From Candidatus Aceula meridiana (GTDB lineage Bacteria; Omnitrophota; Gorgyraeia; Zapsychrales; Aceulaceae), in contig JAVCDE010000024.1 of assembly GCA_030765185.1 (NCBI GenBank), positions 443,538-507,537 on the forward strand: DNA of 64,000 nucleotides, written 5' to 3'. The notes beneath the pieces were generated by a model that ran no database searches, was not told the DNA's origin, and saw only the letters and a list, made by a program, of their open reading frames with translations. Of the stretch, positions 18,939 through 27,896 are shown piece by piece. A program made the position numbers and the translations under genes. The number at the start of each line of letters is the position of its first letter. Within the stretch, counting starts at the first letter, position 1.

Positions 18939-20021
18939 TTAAATGTTTTCTTTCTCAAACTCCTGCATAAAAGCCACCAAGGCCTGAACACCCTCAAGAG
19001 GCATCGCATTATAAATGCTCGCGCGCATTCCTCCAACGGTGCGATGGCCCTTAAGAGTCTTTAACCCTTTTTCGGCAGCTTCTGCAATAAACTTTTTATC
19101 AAGCTCTTCATTGCCCGTTACAAAAGGAACATTCATCAGAGACCGGCTTAGTCTTTCAATCGGACTTTTGAAAAGCTTTGAATTGTCTAAATAATCATAA
19201 AGAATTTTAGCCTTATCTTGATTTACTTTTTGCATAACCGCTAACCCACCTTTTTCTTTAATCCATTGAAAGACCAATCCTGCAATATAAATAGAGTAAC
19301 AAGGCGGCGTATTAGCCATAGATCCATTTTTAGCTTGAACTTGATAATCCAAGAGTATCGGAATATTTTTAACGGCATTGCCGATGAGATCCTCTCTGAT
19401 AATCACAATCGTTAAGCCTGCTGGTCCAATATTTTTTTGTGCCCCTGCAAAAATCATACCAAACTTTGTAACATCAATCGGCTCAGACAAAATATTCGAA
19501 GACATATCAGCGATTAATGGCACATTGCCGGTATCCGGAATCTGTGGATAAACAGTCCCATAGATCGTATTATTGGTGACAATATAAAAATAATCTGCAT
19601 CCTTTGTAAATGTTGCCGGGTCTAACTCAGGAATGCGAGTAAATTTATCACCCTCCGAAGATGCAACAACATTAACCTCGCCGTGCTTTTTAGCCTCAGC
19701 AATGGCCTTTTTAGTCCACTGCCCGGTATGCACGTAATCTGCTTTTTTATTCTTAGTCATCAAGTTCATTGGCACAGCGGCAAACTGCATCGAGGCCCCA
19801 CCCTGTAAAAATAACACCTTATAATTCTCAGGGATTTTCATAATTGCCCTTAACGTTGCCTCAGCCTCATCAATGATGCCCTGGAACTCTTTGCCTCGAT
19901 GAGACATTTCCATAACAGACATGCCGCACCCTTTATAGTCTGTCATTTCACCGGCAGCTTTTTTTAAGACTTCTTCGGGTAATGTTGCCGGTCCTGCACT
20001 AAAATTGTATACTCGTGTCAT
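18939..20021 (-). CDS. serC: Phosphoserine aminotransferase
   Basis: YNFSAGPA, EMSHR, GAQKNIGPAG, GHRTVGGMRASIYNA. Confidence 0.97.
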   Translation of the reverse strand: MTRVYNFSAGPATLPEEVLKKAAGEMTDYKGCGMSVMEMSHRGKEFQGIIDEAEATLRAIMKIPENYKVLFLQGGASMQFAAVPMNLMTKNKKADYVHTGQWTKKAIAEAKKHGEVNVVASSEGDKFTRIPELDPATFTKDADYFYIVTNNTIYGTVYPQIPDTGNVPLIADMSSNILSEPIDVTKFGMIFAGAQKNIGPAGLTIVIIREDLIGNAVKNIPILLDYQVQAKNGSMANTPPCYSIYIAGLVFQWIKEKGGLAVMQKVNQDKAKILYDYLDNSKLFKSPIERLSRSLMNVPFVTGNEELDKKFIAEAAEKGLKTLKGHRTVGGMRASIYNAMPLEGVQALVAFMQEFEKENI

Positions 20022-20034
20022 AATTTTATCCCCC

Positions 20035-20106
20035 TTAATGAGCCCGCCTTAGCGGAGCGATTTTATCCCAGGAACGCTTTTAAGCGACGCGGGACTTCCT
20101 TAGTTT
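20035..20106. repeat. Two-hairpin element, copy B (overlaps the rex 3' end)
   Basis: TTAATGA-GCCCGC/GCGGAGC-GATTTTA-TCCC..CGCTT/AAGCG..GGGA-CTTCCTTAG. Confidence 0.75.
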
Positions 20107-20721
20107 GTTAGTAATAAACCTCGCGGCAATAAACCGCAAAGCACTTGTAAAATCCATATCTAGGTAAATAATCTCCTTAGGAACTACTATTTTTTCCGGG
20201 GAAAAGTTTAAGATGCCGCTGACCCCTGCCTTAATGAGCTCATCAGCCACTTCTTGAGCGTTGTTAGCGGGCACCGTGATAATGCCAAGCTCAATAGACT
20301 TCTGTGCAATAATATTTTCCATCTCGCTGATAGCAAAAACATCAATATGTGTTTTAATGCGCTCCAACTTGTTTATGCTATTATCAAATCCCGCAACGAT
20401 TTCAAATCCGTCTTGTTTAAATCTCTCATAATCCAAGAGAGCTGTTCCAAGTCTGCCCAACCCTACGATGCAGGCCTTACGTTTTTTATCAAGCTTGAGT
20501 GTCTGACCTAATTCCTTTTTCAAAGAGACAACTGAATAGCCTTTTCGCGTGTAGCCGGTTACTCCCAGAAGGCTAATATCTTTGCGAATGGTATCATTAG
20601 TGGTACCGATAGCTTGTGCTAAATCTTTTGATGAAACAAAATCCACTTGTCTTTCCTCAAGGCTTTCGAGGCATCCGAAAATCCGGCAAACACGATCAAT
20701 TGTATTGTTCGGTAAATCCAT
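20080..20721 (-). CDS. rex: Redox-sensing transcriptional repressor Rex
   Basis: SSKDLA...IRKDIS..G..G..GY winged helix; GLGRLG Rossmann fold; GILNFSP. Confidence 0.93.
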   Translation of the reverse strand: MDLPNNTIDRVCRIFGCLESLEERQVDFVSSKDLAQAIGTTNDTIRKDISLLGVTGYTRKGYSVVSLKKELGQTLKLDKKRKACIVGLGRLGTALLDYERFKQDGFEIVAGFDNSINKLERIKTHIDVFAISEMENIIAQKSIELGIITVPANNAQEVADELIKAGVSGILNFSPEKIVVPKEIIYLDMDFTSALRFIAARFITNKLRKSRVA

Positions 20722-20738
20722 TTAATCCTCCGAAATAT

Positions 20739-20784
20739 TTAGTGAATTATTTCACTAATATAGCATTGAATGCTCATTTGTCAA
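20739..20784 (-). promoter_or_regulatory. Sigma70 promoter of rex-serC-serA overlapped by a Rex-type operator
   Basis: Minus strand TTGACA-16nt-TATATT with an extended TG; palindrome TTAGTGAA-TTAT-TTCACTAA at 20739-20758 resembles TTGTGAA-N4-TTCACAA. Confidence 0.75.
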
Positions 20785-20864
20785 GAGGATATTTTAGATA
20801 TTTTTTATTAATTTTGTTAACTACTGGATGGCATACACTTAAGATATTTTTATTTCTCTTGTAT

Positions 20865-20882
20865 CTGTGAAATAAATCACGG
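20865..20882. promoter_or_regulatory. Second, weaker Rex/CRP-like box
   Basis: CTGTGA-AATAAA-TCACGG. Confidence 0.4.
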
Positions 20883-20896
20883 ATATATACAATAAT

Positions 20897-21193
20897 CTAC
20901 TTATGGATAAACTGCATAATATGAATTGTAACAATGCAAGACCCCAGAGCCATACGAAAACAACGGGCTAATTGATTCTTGATAGCGCTCTCTTGATGGC
21001 TAACTATATCGAAAATAGCTTCCAAACAGAGAAAAGACCCTGCCGCCAAGGAAACAATATCAATTACAACGGGGTCTAAATAACTGCAAGAATCAAACAC
21101 AGAACTCGCCGCTCGCTGAATGCTGTACGCTAAGTAAGAAAAGCCAGCTGAAAAGGCAAAGGCAACGCACAAAGTTTTCTTAAGTTGGGTCAT
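20897..21193 (-). CDS. Small membrane protein (about 3 TMs)
   Basis: 98-aa hydrophobic ORF in the same orientation as its neighbours. Confidence 0.65.
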   Translation of the reverse strand: MTQLKKTLCVAFAFSAGFSYLAYSIQRAASSVFDSCSYLDPVVIDIVSLAAGSFLCLEAIFDIVSHQESAIKNQLARCFRMALGSCIVTIHIMQFIHK

Positions 21194-21395
21194 TTTTCTA
21201 AAATTTGAAATAGTTTTAAATTTATTTTCTTATGCTACGCTGTGTGGTCTTAGAAATTCCTATGCCGATGCGAAGAGTTCTACCAAAGCTTTTGGTAACC
21301 CGCCGCTTGAAGACGAATCCCTTTATTTAAATTCCATCAAAATCTTTTTTGATAATTTTATTTTAGCACAACAATCAAAGGAATCCTAAATCTTA

Positions 21396-22166
21396 TTATA
21401 CCTTAGCAGGACGCTTTTTTAACTTTGAAGGATTTTTTATCATTAAAAAAATCATCCATCCACCGAAAACCAAACAAAATCCCATAGATAAAAACCCGCA
21501 AGCACGAAAGAAAAAAGCAACTGCACTGTCAAAAGACAATATTCCCATTTGCGTTAACATATAATTCCAATCGTGGCTAACATCCGGTGTTGCGCCCCCA
21601 ATCGTTACCAGAGGCAACACCATAGCTTGAGCGTCACCGGCGTATGTTGCCACGTTGAAAAAATTAGTAGAAAGCCAGCCAGAACAAAGCACTGTAGCAA
21701 AATAATCACTCTGTCTTAAGAAATTAAGAGCAAGAAAAAAAGGCGCCAAAAGTTGCAGCATTGTACCTCCGGAAACTGCTAGAAACCTTCCATCAAAAGA
21801 AAAAACTATGTGCCCTAGCTCATGAATCCCTAAATTAAGATTCCCGAAAATACTCTGATAATCCGGGTTGCCTAAATACCGGATCAAAAGATAAGCAAAC
21901 CATATCAGCAAAGGAAGGCGAAAAAACCCGTTTCTTTCCTCACACCATTCGGTAATATTTTCTTTCATGTCTGATACAAAACTATGTCGTTTGTTCACGA
22001 TAGGCTTAAAGCTGCTACCATCGGCCTTGCCCTCTTCTATCAAAAGAATGAGCAGTCCCTCTTTTTGTATTTTCTTAATGGCCTCATCCATACTTTGGGC
22101 CTCGACGGCTCCGGAGACATCTTCTAATTTACTATTTTTTGCTTTATAGGGAAAAATAGGTGACAT
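21396..22166 (-). CDS. Membrane protein: PilC/GspF-like N-terminal domain plus HExxH (M50-like) membrane domain
   Basis: FPYKAKN..VSGAVEAQSMDEAIKKIQKEG, then IHELGH, GGT..Q and HDW motifs. Confidence 0.7.
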   Translation of the reverse strand: MSPIFPYKAKNSKLEDVSGAVEAQSMDEAIKKIQKEGLLILLIEEGKADGSSFKPIVNKRHSFVSDMKENITEWCEERNGFFRLPLLIWFAYLLIRYLGNPDYQSIFGNLNLGIHELGHIVFSFDGRFLAVSGGTMLQLLAPFFLALNFLRQSDYFATVLCSGWLSTNFFNVATYAGDAQAMVLPLVTIGGATPDVSHDWNYMLTQMGILSFDSAVAFFFRACGFLSMGFCLVFGGWMIFLMIKNPSKLKKRPAKV

Positions 22167-22203
22167 TAAAAAATCCCTTTAAAAGGACCGATTTGATTTT
22201 TAG

Positions 22204-23661
22204 TTATTTTTTATGAACATCTTCTTTGGAAACAAGCTTATCGGTCATGCGTAGCCACTCGATAAAAAGTTTTTTATACTGCAGGTCATGAAAAATTTCG
22301 TTAAACCTGTTAGTGTCCACCACATTAACCGCAGCGATGTAATCGTTTAGCGTGATGCGCCCGAATGAATAATTTTCCGTCTCATCCTGCAAAATCGACC
22401 TCGCCAAATCTATTTTCTCTTTGGCGATATTCAACAATTTCTCTTCGCTTTCCATCTGGACTGATAAATTCTTAATATCCGTATATAGCTGAAAATGTGT
22501 TCCTGTGTTAGACAACCTTGTTTTATCTAAATTAATTTTTGAGACCTCGTGCTCGGCGCGGTCTACTTGATCTCCTATCGGCCAATCCAACGAGATGCCG
22601 GCATAAACCATACTATCTTCATTCTTAAGGCTTAAGTTTTTTCCTTGCACATTATACCCAAAAAGCAAATTAATAGACGGTAGAAGATCGTCCGCCTCTT
22701 TATCAACTTCAAGGAAGCTTTTCTTCTCCAAAAGATTCAAAACTTCATACGTGCGGCTGACCTCTTTAAACTCTTGAAAATCTTTTTCAAAAGAAACAGC
22801 CTGTTCAGAATAAAGTCCCGGCGCTTCAGGAACAAGCTCTTTCTGGCCGCTATGACGAATGGCCTTCTCAACAAAGTTAAGTGTCTTTGCATATACCTCT
22901 TTAAGCTCAATGAGTTTTTCTTTCTTAGCCAACACCTGCAAATGCACTTTGTTGACGTCAACGGGAAGGGCAATATTATTTTTCTGTCGCTCAAGGATGT
23001 TATCAAATAATTTCATGTTTTGCTGATAGGAAGATTCGCCTATTTTTAAGCTCTCATACGCCTCATACCAATCGTAGTATCCGATAATAATCGTTGCCAA
23101 ATAATCTTCATAGGCCTCGATAATTTGGTATTTAGCTACGTCGACCTCAACTCCGATAATCTTATCTTTTAAGCGGGTCGCCTTGCCAAAGGCATTTTCG
23201 GCAATAGGCTGGGCAATACCGATGCCGACTTCGCTGGAATTGCTAGCCGATGAATACGAAGCATTGGTTATATATTGGGCCTCAAGACTTGTGCCGGTAA
23301 ACGGAAATAATTTCGTTAAAGATAACGTCCCCTCACCTTCTTTTCTCTCCTGACCAAAAATAAAATCATATTGCCCTTTGGCCGCAAGCACTAAATCGCC
23401 GGCAGGAAGGTTAATGGCTTTCTGATATTGCAAGGATAGCTCATCAATTAAAATACGCTCAAACTCGGTGTCATTGTGAGCTGCCAATGTAATAAATTCT
23501 TCAAGCGGCAGCGTTCTGGTTTCCTGATCCTCTTGTTTTTCAAGGGGCTGAGGCATCTCTCGTTTTTCTTCGGCCATCATGACGCCTGCCCAACACAATG
23601 CCATGCCGAGTGCAACTAGGGTAATAAAAATCATTTTTTGTTTCATATCTTTTGTTTTCAT
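22204..23661 (-). CDS. TolC-family outer membrane efflux protein
   Basis: Signal peptide, helical repeats (LPSINL, ENYSFGRIT); directly downstream of the RND gene. Confidence 0.8.
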   Translation of the reverse strand: MKTKDMKQKMIFITLVALGMALCWAGVMMAEEKREMPQPLEKQEDQETRTLPLEEFITLAAHNDTEFERILIDELSLQYQKAINLPAGDLVLAAKGQYDFIFGQERKEGEGTLSLTKLFPFTGTSLEAQYITNASYSSASNSSEVGIGIAQPIAENAFGKATRLKDKIIGVEVDVAKYQIIEAYEDYLATIIIGYYDWYEAYESLKIGESSYQQNMKLFDNILERQKNNIALPVDVNKVHLQVLAKKEKLIELKEVYAKTLNFVEKAIRHSGQKELVPEAPGLYSEQAVSFEKDFQEFKEVSRTYEVLNLLEKKSFLEVDKEADDLLPSINLLFGYNVQGKNLSLKNEDSMVYAGISLDWPIGDQVDRAEHEVSKINLDKTRLSNTGTHFQLYTDIKNLSVQMESEEKLLNIAKEKIDLARSILQDETENYSFGRITLNDYIAAVNVVDTNRFNEIFHDLQYKKLFIEWLRMTDKLVSKEDVHKK

Positions 23662-23663
23662 TT

Positions 23664-26600
23664 TTAAATACTCAATTTAAACTTGTGTTCAAAATCTTTC
23701 AAAAAAGAATAAATACATGGAATAAGGATAAGCGTAATAAGCGTGCCAAACATCAGCCCCCAAGCCAAAGCCAACATCATCTCGGCCAACATTGCATCAT
23801 ATCCGGCAAACCCATAAGCCGTTGGTAAAATCCCGGCTACCGTCGTCAATGTCGTTAATACAACAGCGCGAAGTCGGGTCTTAGCAATATTGGCAATTTG
23901 CCCGCTGGCCTCTTCTTTTCCTCTATCCTTTTTATATTCTCGATCAAGCTTAACCAACATAATAATCGAATCATTGACAACAACCCCCGCGAGGCCCAAT
24001 GCTCCAATGGCTGCAAAAAACCCAAAGAGCACTTTGCCATGCAACCAAAATGCTAAAATAATACCAATCATACCAAAAGGAATAGAAAGCATAATGATCA
24101 AAGGCCTAATCAAAGAATTAAATAATACCGCTAAAACAACATAAATCAGCAAAAGAACCAAAATAATCGCGCTAGCCAGATCGGCTTTGGACTCTCTGGT
24201 GCTTTCAACTTCTCCGGTAAAAGATAATGTTGTCATCGGATATTTCTTCAGAATCCCAGGAAAAACCTCTTTTTCAAAATATTGGGCGATCTCTAAAGGC
24301 GTTTGTGCATGCTTCTTTTTTAAATCCGCATCAATGGTGGTCGTCCTTTTTAAATCTTCGCGCGTAATTGAGTTTAAGACCGTAGTCTTCTCAACATGAA
24401 CAACATCCCTTAAAGGGACCAAATAATTCCCTTTATTTTCGACCGGAAGGCTAAGCACTTCTTCAATGTCCCCCTTGGCCGAATCCACAATAGAAAAGCG
24501 TGTCTGAATATCCTCGTAGGGGCCAGTAAATTCATAAAGGATATTCCCTTCTAAAGCGGCGCGAAATGTCGAGGCAATATCACCTGAGTTAATCGAAAGC
24601 CGTTTGGCCTTGTCCCTGTCAATATCAATGCGGTATTCATCAATGCGCATATCTCCGTCAATCTCCACATTCTCCAAAGACGGGTACGCCTGTAACTTCT
24701 TTTTTAAATCTTGAGAAATAGCCTCACGTTCTGCATCATTATTTTGCTGAACCAAAAGTTCTATAGCGCTGCCTGACGATTGACCCCAGCGGCTTTTGCT
24801 AAAATTAAGTTTTTCAAAACCTTCAAGCCCCTCAACTTCCTTTTTAAGCTTCTCAACAATTTGATCAGCTGACTTCTTACGCTTTTCTTTAGACACGATC
24901 TCAAGAGAAATTCTAAAATTATTTTCTTCTACGGCTCCGCCTCGTCTGCTTCGCGCGATATCAGTGCTAACCCCCACCAATTCTTTATTAAAGTCTCTAA
25001 GAATAATATCTTCAATTCTACGTGTTTCCTGCGCAGTTTCAAAACGTTTCGCCCCCTCATGAATTTTACCGGAAACCATAATATCCCTAGTTTCTTCATG
25101 CGGAAACATAACAAATTTAAATTGATATTTGATAAGCAAGCCCGAAATAATAAACAAAACAACAAAGGCAAGAAAAACAAACCCTTTAAACAAAAGAACT
25201 TTTTCGATAAAGCGCCCATACTTATCTTCAATTTTTTCAAACCAATGGCCTTGCCGACTCATCTGGCCAGGTTCTTTTCTTTTTCCGCTTAACTTGCTTA
25301 AAAAAGGAAATTTTAAATTCATGTGACCCGGCAAAATAAAAATCGATTCGACAAAGCTAGCCGCCAGCACAAGAAAAATAATCGTCGGAATAGGTTGGAT
25401 AAATTTCCCAAAATGCCCGGTGAAAAAATATAACGGGATAAACGCCACGCACGTCGTAATAATGCTGGCTAAGACGGGCAAGATCACATACGCCGTTCCC
25501 TTAACAACAGCCTCGCTTTGCGCCATGCCCTCGTTTGACAAGCGCGTAATATTCTCGGCAACCACAATGGCATCGTCGACGATAATCCCCATCACAATAA
25601 TAATGGCCGCAAGCGTCATGCCGTTAATGGTCTGCCCCATCAACGGTGCTGCAATAGCCGTAAAGCAAAGCGTAAAAGGAATGCCCATTGCCACCCAAAG
25701 CCCGGCTTTGCGGCTTAAAAAAAGAAACAATATAAGGACGACAAGGATAAAACCAAGACTGCCGTTAAGCGCAATGAGCGATAACCGGTTGCGGATATCA
25801 ATCGACTCATCGTCTAGCAAAACAACCTTAAGAGAAGTTTCCTGAAGATTATTCTTTTCAAAATCTTTAACAGCTTTCTTAACGGCATCAATAGCCTCAA
25901 TAATTCCATATGAACTATTTTTAACAACATTCAAAATAACCGCCTGACGGCCGTTAACCTTGCGGATTTCTTTGGTTTTTTCAAAACCCTCTGTGATGCT
26001 GGCAACTTCACCTAGTCGGACAACCTGTCCCTCAAAACCGCCCTGAATAATCAAACTCCTAAGTTTCTCAGGGCTATCCAGCTCGGAAACCAAAGAGACT
26101 TGAGGTTCTTGCGCATTTTCAATATTTCCGGCCGGCTTGCGCACATGATTACTTTTAATCTCATTCATGGCTGTATTAAAAGGAATTTGATATTTGAGAA
26201 GTTTTTCAGGGTAAACTTTAATTTGAAGTTCTTGGTCTAAGTATCCTCGGCGGTTTACGCTATTGACTTGCGGAAGGTTTAGAAGCTGACTTTCAAGAGC
26301 AAAAGCATATTTTTGCAGTTCACGCCTTTGCTCGGGATTAAGGAGATGAATATCTTCGTCATAAAGGGCAATATCAATAATAGCTTTTTTACTGGTCTTA
26401 AAAACCCTGACATCCGGGTCGTCTATCACCTCAGTAGGCAAATTAACATCCAAAACCGTATTACGAATTTCTGTAACAGCCTGATCGATGTCCGGATAAT
26501 TTTGTTCAATTTCAATATTAATATTTGACTGGCCCACACTCGTCGTGCTTGTCACGCGGTAGACACCATCAAGCCCCCGGACAACCTCTTCAATAGGCTT

Positions 26601-26798
26601 AGTCACAAAATATTCAACATCTTCCGCCGGAGCCCCTGGATAAGAAACAGAAATCCTAACCCGGTCAAAAGTAATATCCGGGAGCTCTTCTTTGCTGGTA
26701 TTGTTCCAGGCAAAAATACCGCCTATAAAAACACTGATAAAAATAAGATTGGCAAGAAGGTGCCGTTTGGTGAAATACGAAATGAACTTTTCAAGCAT
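23664..26798 (-). CDS. RND (AcrB/AcrD/AcrF family) permease
   Basis: 1044 aa; YPGAPAEDVE, GIIVDDAIVVAE, RLRAVVLTTLTT. Confidence 0.93.
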   Translation of the reverse strand: MLEKFISYFTKRHLLANLIFISVFIGGIFAWNNTSKEELPDITFDRVRISVSYPGAPAEDVEYFVTKPIEEVVRGLDGVYRVTSTTSVGQSNINIEIEQNYPDIDQAVTEIRNTVLDVNLPTEVIDDPDVRVFKTSKKAIIDIALYDEDIHLLNPEQRRELQKYAFALESQLLNLPQVNSVNRRGYLDQELQIKVYPEKLLKYQIPFNTAMNEIKSNHVRKPAGNIENAQEPQVSLVSELDSPEKLRSLIIQGGFEGQVVRLGEVASITEGFEKTKEIRKVNGRQAVILNVVKNSSYGIIEAIDAVKKAVKDFEKNNLQETSLKVVLLDDESIDIRNRLSLIALNGSLGFILVVLILFLFLSRKAGLWVAMGIPFTLCFTAIAAPLMGQTINGMTLAAIIIVMGIIVDDAIVVAENITRLSNEGMAQSEAVVKGTAYVILPVLASIITTCVAFIPLYFFTGHFGKFIQPIPTIIFLVLAASFVESIFILPGHMNLKFPFLSKLSGKRKEPGQMSRQGHWFEKIEDKYGRFIEKVLLFKGFVFLAFVVLFIISGLLIKYQFKFVMFPHEETRDIMVSGKIHEGAKRFETAQETRRIEDIILRDFNKELVGVSTDIARSRRGGAVEENNFRISLEIVSKEKRKKSADQIVEKLKKEVEGLEGFEKLNFSKSRWGQSSGSAIELLVQQNNDAEREAISQDLKKKLQAYPSLENVEIDGDMRIDEYRIDIDRDKAKRLSINSGDIASTFRAALEGNILYEFTGPYEDIQTRFSIVDSAKGDIEEVLSLPVENKGNYLVPLRDVVHVEKTTVLNSITREDLKRTTTIDADLKKKHAQTPLEIAQYFEKEVFPGILKKYPMTTLSFTGEVESTRESKADLASAIILVLLLIYVVLAVLFNSLIRPLIIMLSIPFGMIGIILAFWLHGKVLFGFFAAIGALGLAGVVVNDSIIMLVKLDREYKKDRGKEEASGQIANIAKTRLRAVVLTTLTTVAGILPTAYGFAGYDAMLAEMMLALAWGLMFGTLITLILIPCIYSFLKDFEHKFKLSI

Positions 26799-27007
26799 AT
26801 TTTCTATCCTTATCTAAAGGTATAAACAATATTCCCATTATCCCCTTAGACAGTTTTTATTCAACAAAAGTTCCCTAATATATAATATAAATAAACCTAG
26901 AAATTTAAAAAACATTCTCTTTTTTTAGTAAGTTACAGAGATTATTTTAGCATGGGGTTAAAGAAGATTTCAAAAATTCTAAAAAAATAATCTTATAAAA
27001 TTCCTTT

Positions 27008-27355
27008 TCAATTGTTAGATTTTGGATTAAAAGCTAGAAAAACCGCAACACCCAAAAGCGCGATATCGCGTATTTCCTGAAACTGCAAGGCAATAAGAAT
27101 AGCAGCAAGTTGTAACGCAGCGGCAATAGCCGCCGGGCGTAACCAAAGCCCGCTGATAAGCAAAAGCGCCGTTAATGTTTCAACAGCGCCTAAGCCCCAA
27201 ACAGAATATTGCGCCGGCCAGGGCATGGCTTGAACGACTGGCATCGCCTCCATGCTACGCGCCCAATAGTCGCCGGTAAATTTTCCAATGCCGAAAATCA
27301 AAAAAACAATTCCTAAGGAAGCACGTAATATAATAAAGGCAATTTTGTTTTTCAT
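27008..27355 (-). CDS. DoxX family membrane protein
   Basis: LRASLGIVFLIFGIGK, GAVE...LLISGL, RDIALL. Confidence 0.8.
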   Translation of the reverse strand: MKNKIAFIILRASLGIVFLIFGIGKFTGDYWARSMEAMPVVQAMPWPAQYSVWGLGAVETLTALLLISGLWLRPAAIAAALQLAAILIALQFQEIRDIALLGVAVFLAFNPKSNN

Positions 27356-27708
27356 TTAGCTTCAATGGTCTTTTCAAGCTTACCGTTAATATTGCAATAA
27401 CCTTCCACCCCGATAATATCTCCTGCTTTAATGTCCGGCAATCGGTAGCTGACTGTTTGCGTGTCCGGTGTCTCTTGGAAAGAAATTTGCTGCCCAATTA
27501 CTTCTTTGTCGTTTATCGAAACATCGATTTTATTAATGTAGTGTTGGTCTGGATTTCGAACCGGATGCACAATGACCGCAGTCACGATCTTGGTGGCAGC
27601 ATCATAGCTTAAATCAATTCGAACAGGCGGATGCGCAAACACCGATTGACTGCTTAATAAAACGACCATAAAACTTACGACAACAATAATAATATTTTTT
27701 TTCATCAC
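27352..27708 (-). CDS. Secreted superoxide-reductase/desulfoferrodoxin-like domain protein
   Basis: Signal peptide, then HPP...HPV....HYI...YCNING. Confidence 0.6.
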   Translation of the reverse strand: MMKKNIIIVVVSFMVVLLSSQSVFAHPPVRIDLSYDAATKIVTAVIVHPVRNPDQHYINKIDVSINDKEVIGQQISFQETPDTQTVSYRLPDIKAGDIIGVEGYCNINGKLEKTIEAK

Positions 27709-27718
27709 ACCCCTCCTT

Positions 27719-27780
27719 AAAATGAGCCCCGCCCTAGCAGGGCGAATTTACCCTGGCTGACTTAGGCCAGGGCTTACTTT
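27719..27780. repeat. Two-hairpin element, copy C
   Basis: AAAATGA-GCCCCGC/GCAGGGC-GAATTTA-CCCTGGC/GCCAGGG-CTTACTT. Confidence 0.8.
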
Positions 27781-27830
27781 AAATTATTCTAACATGCACT
27801 TAAGATGAATTCTAAAAAATTGTTAAATCA

Positions 27831-27868
27831 AAAAAAATAGGGCCGTCTGGATATGGACGGCCCTTATT
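27831..27868 (-). terminator. Intrinsic terminator
   Basis: AGGGCCGTC/GACGGCCCT stem with a T-tract on the minus strand. Confidence 0.8.
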
Positions 27869-27896
27869 CATCAATTTTAAAAACTTTTAAAGGCCT

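Noticed and set aside
21240-21340. GC-richer intergenic stretch with a TACCAAA/TTTGGTA hairpin as a riboswitch or small ORF
   Set aside because: No recognisable riboswitch consensus and no ORF with a start and SD.
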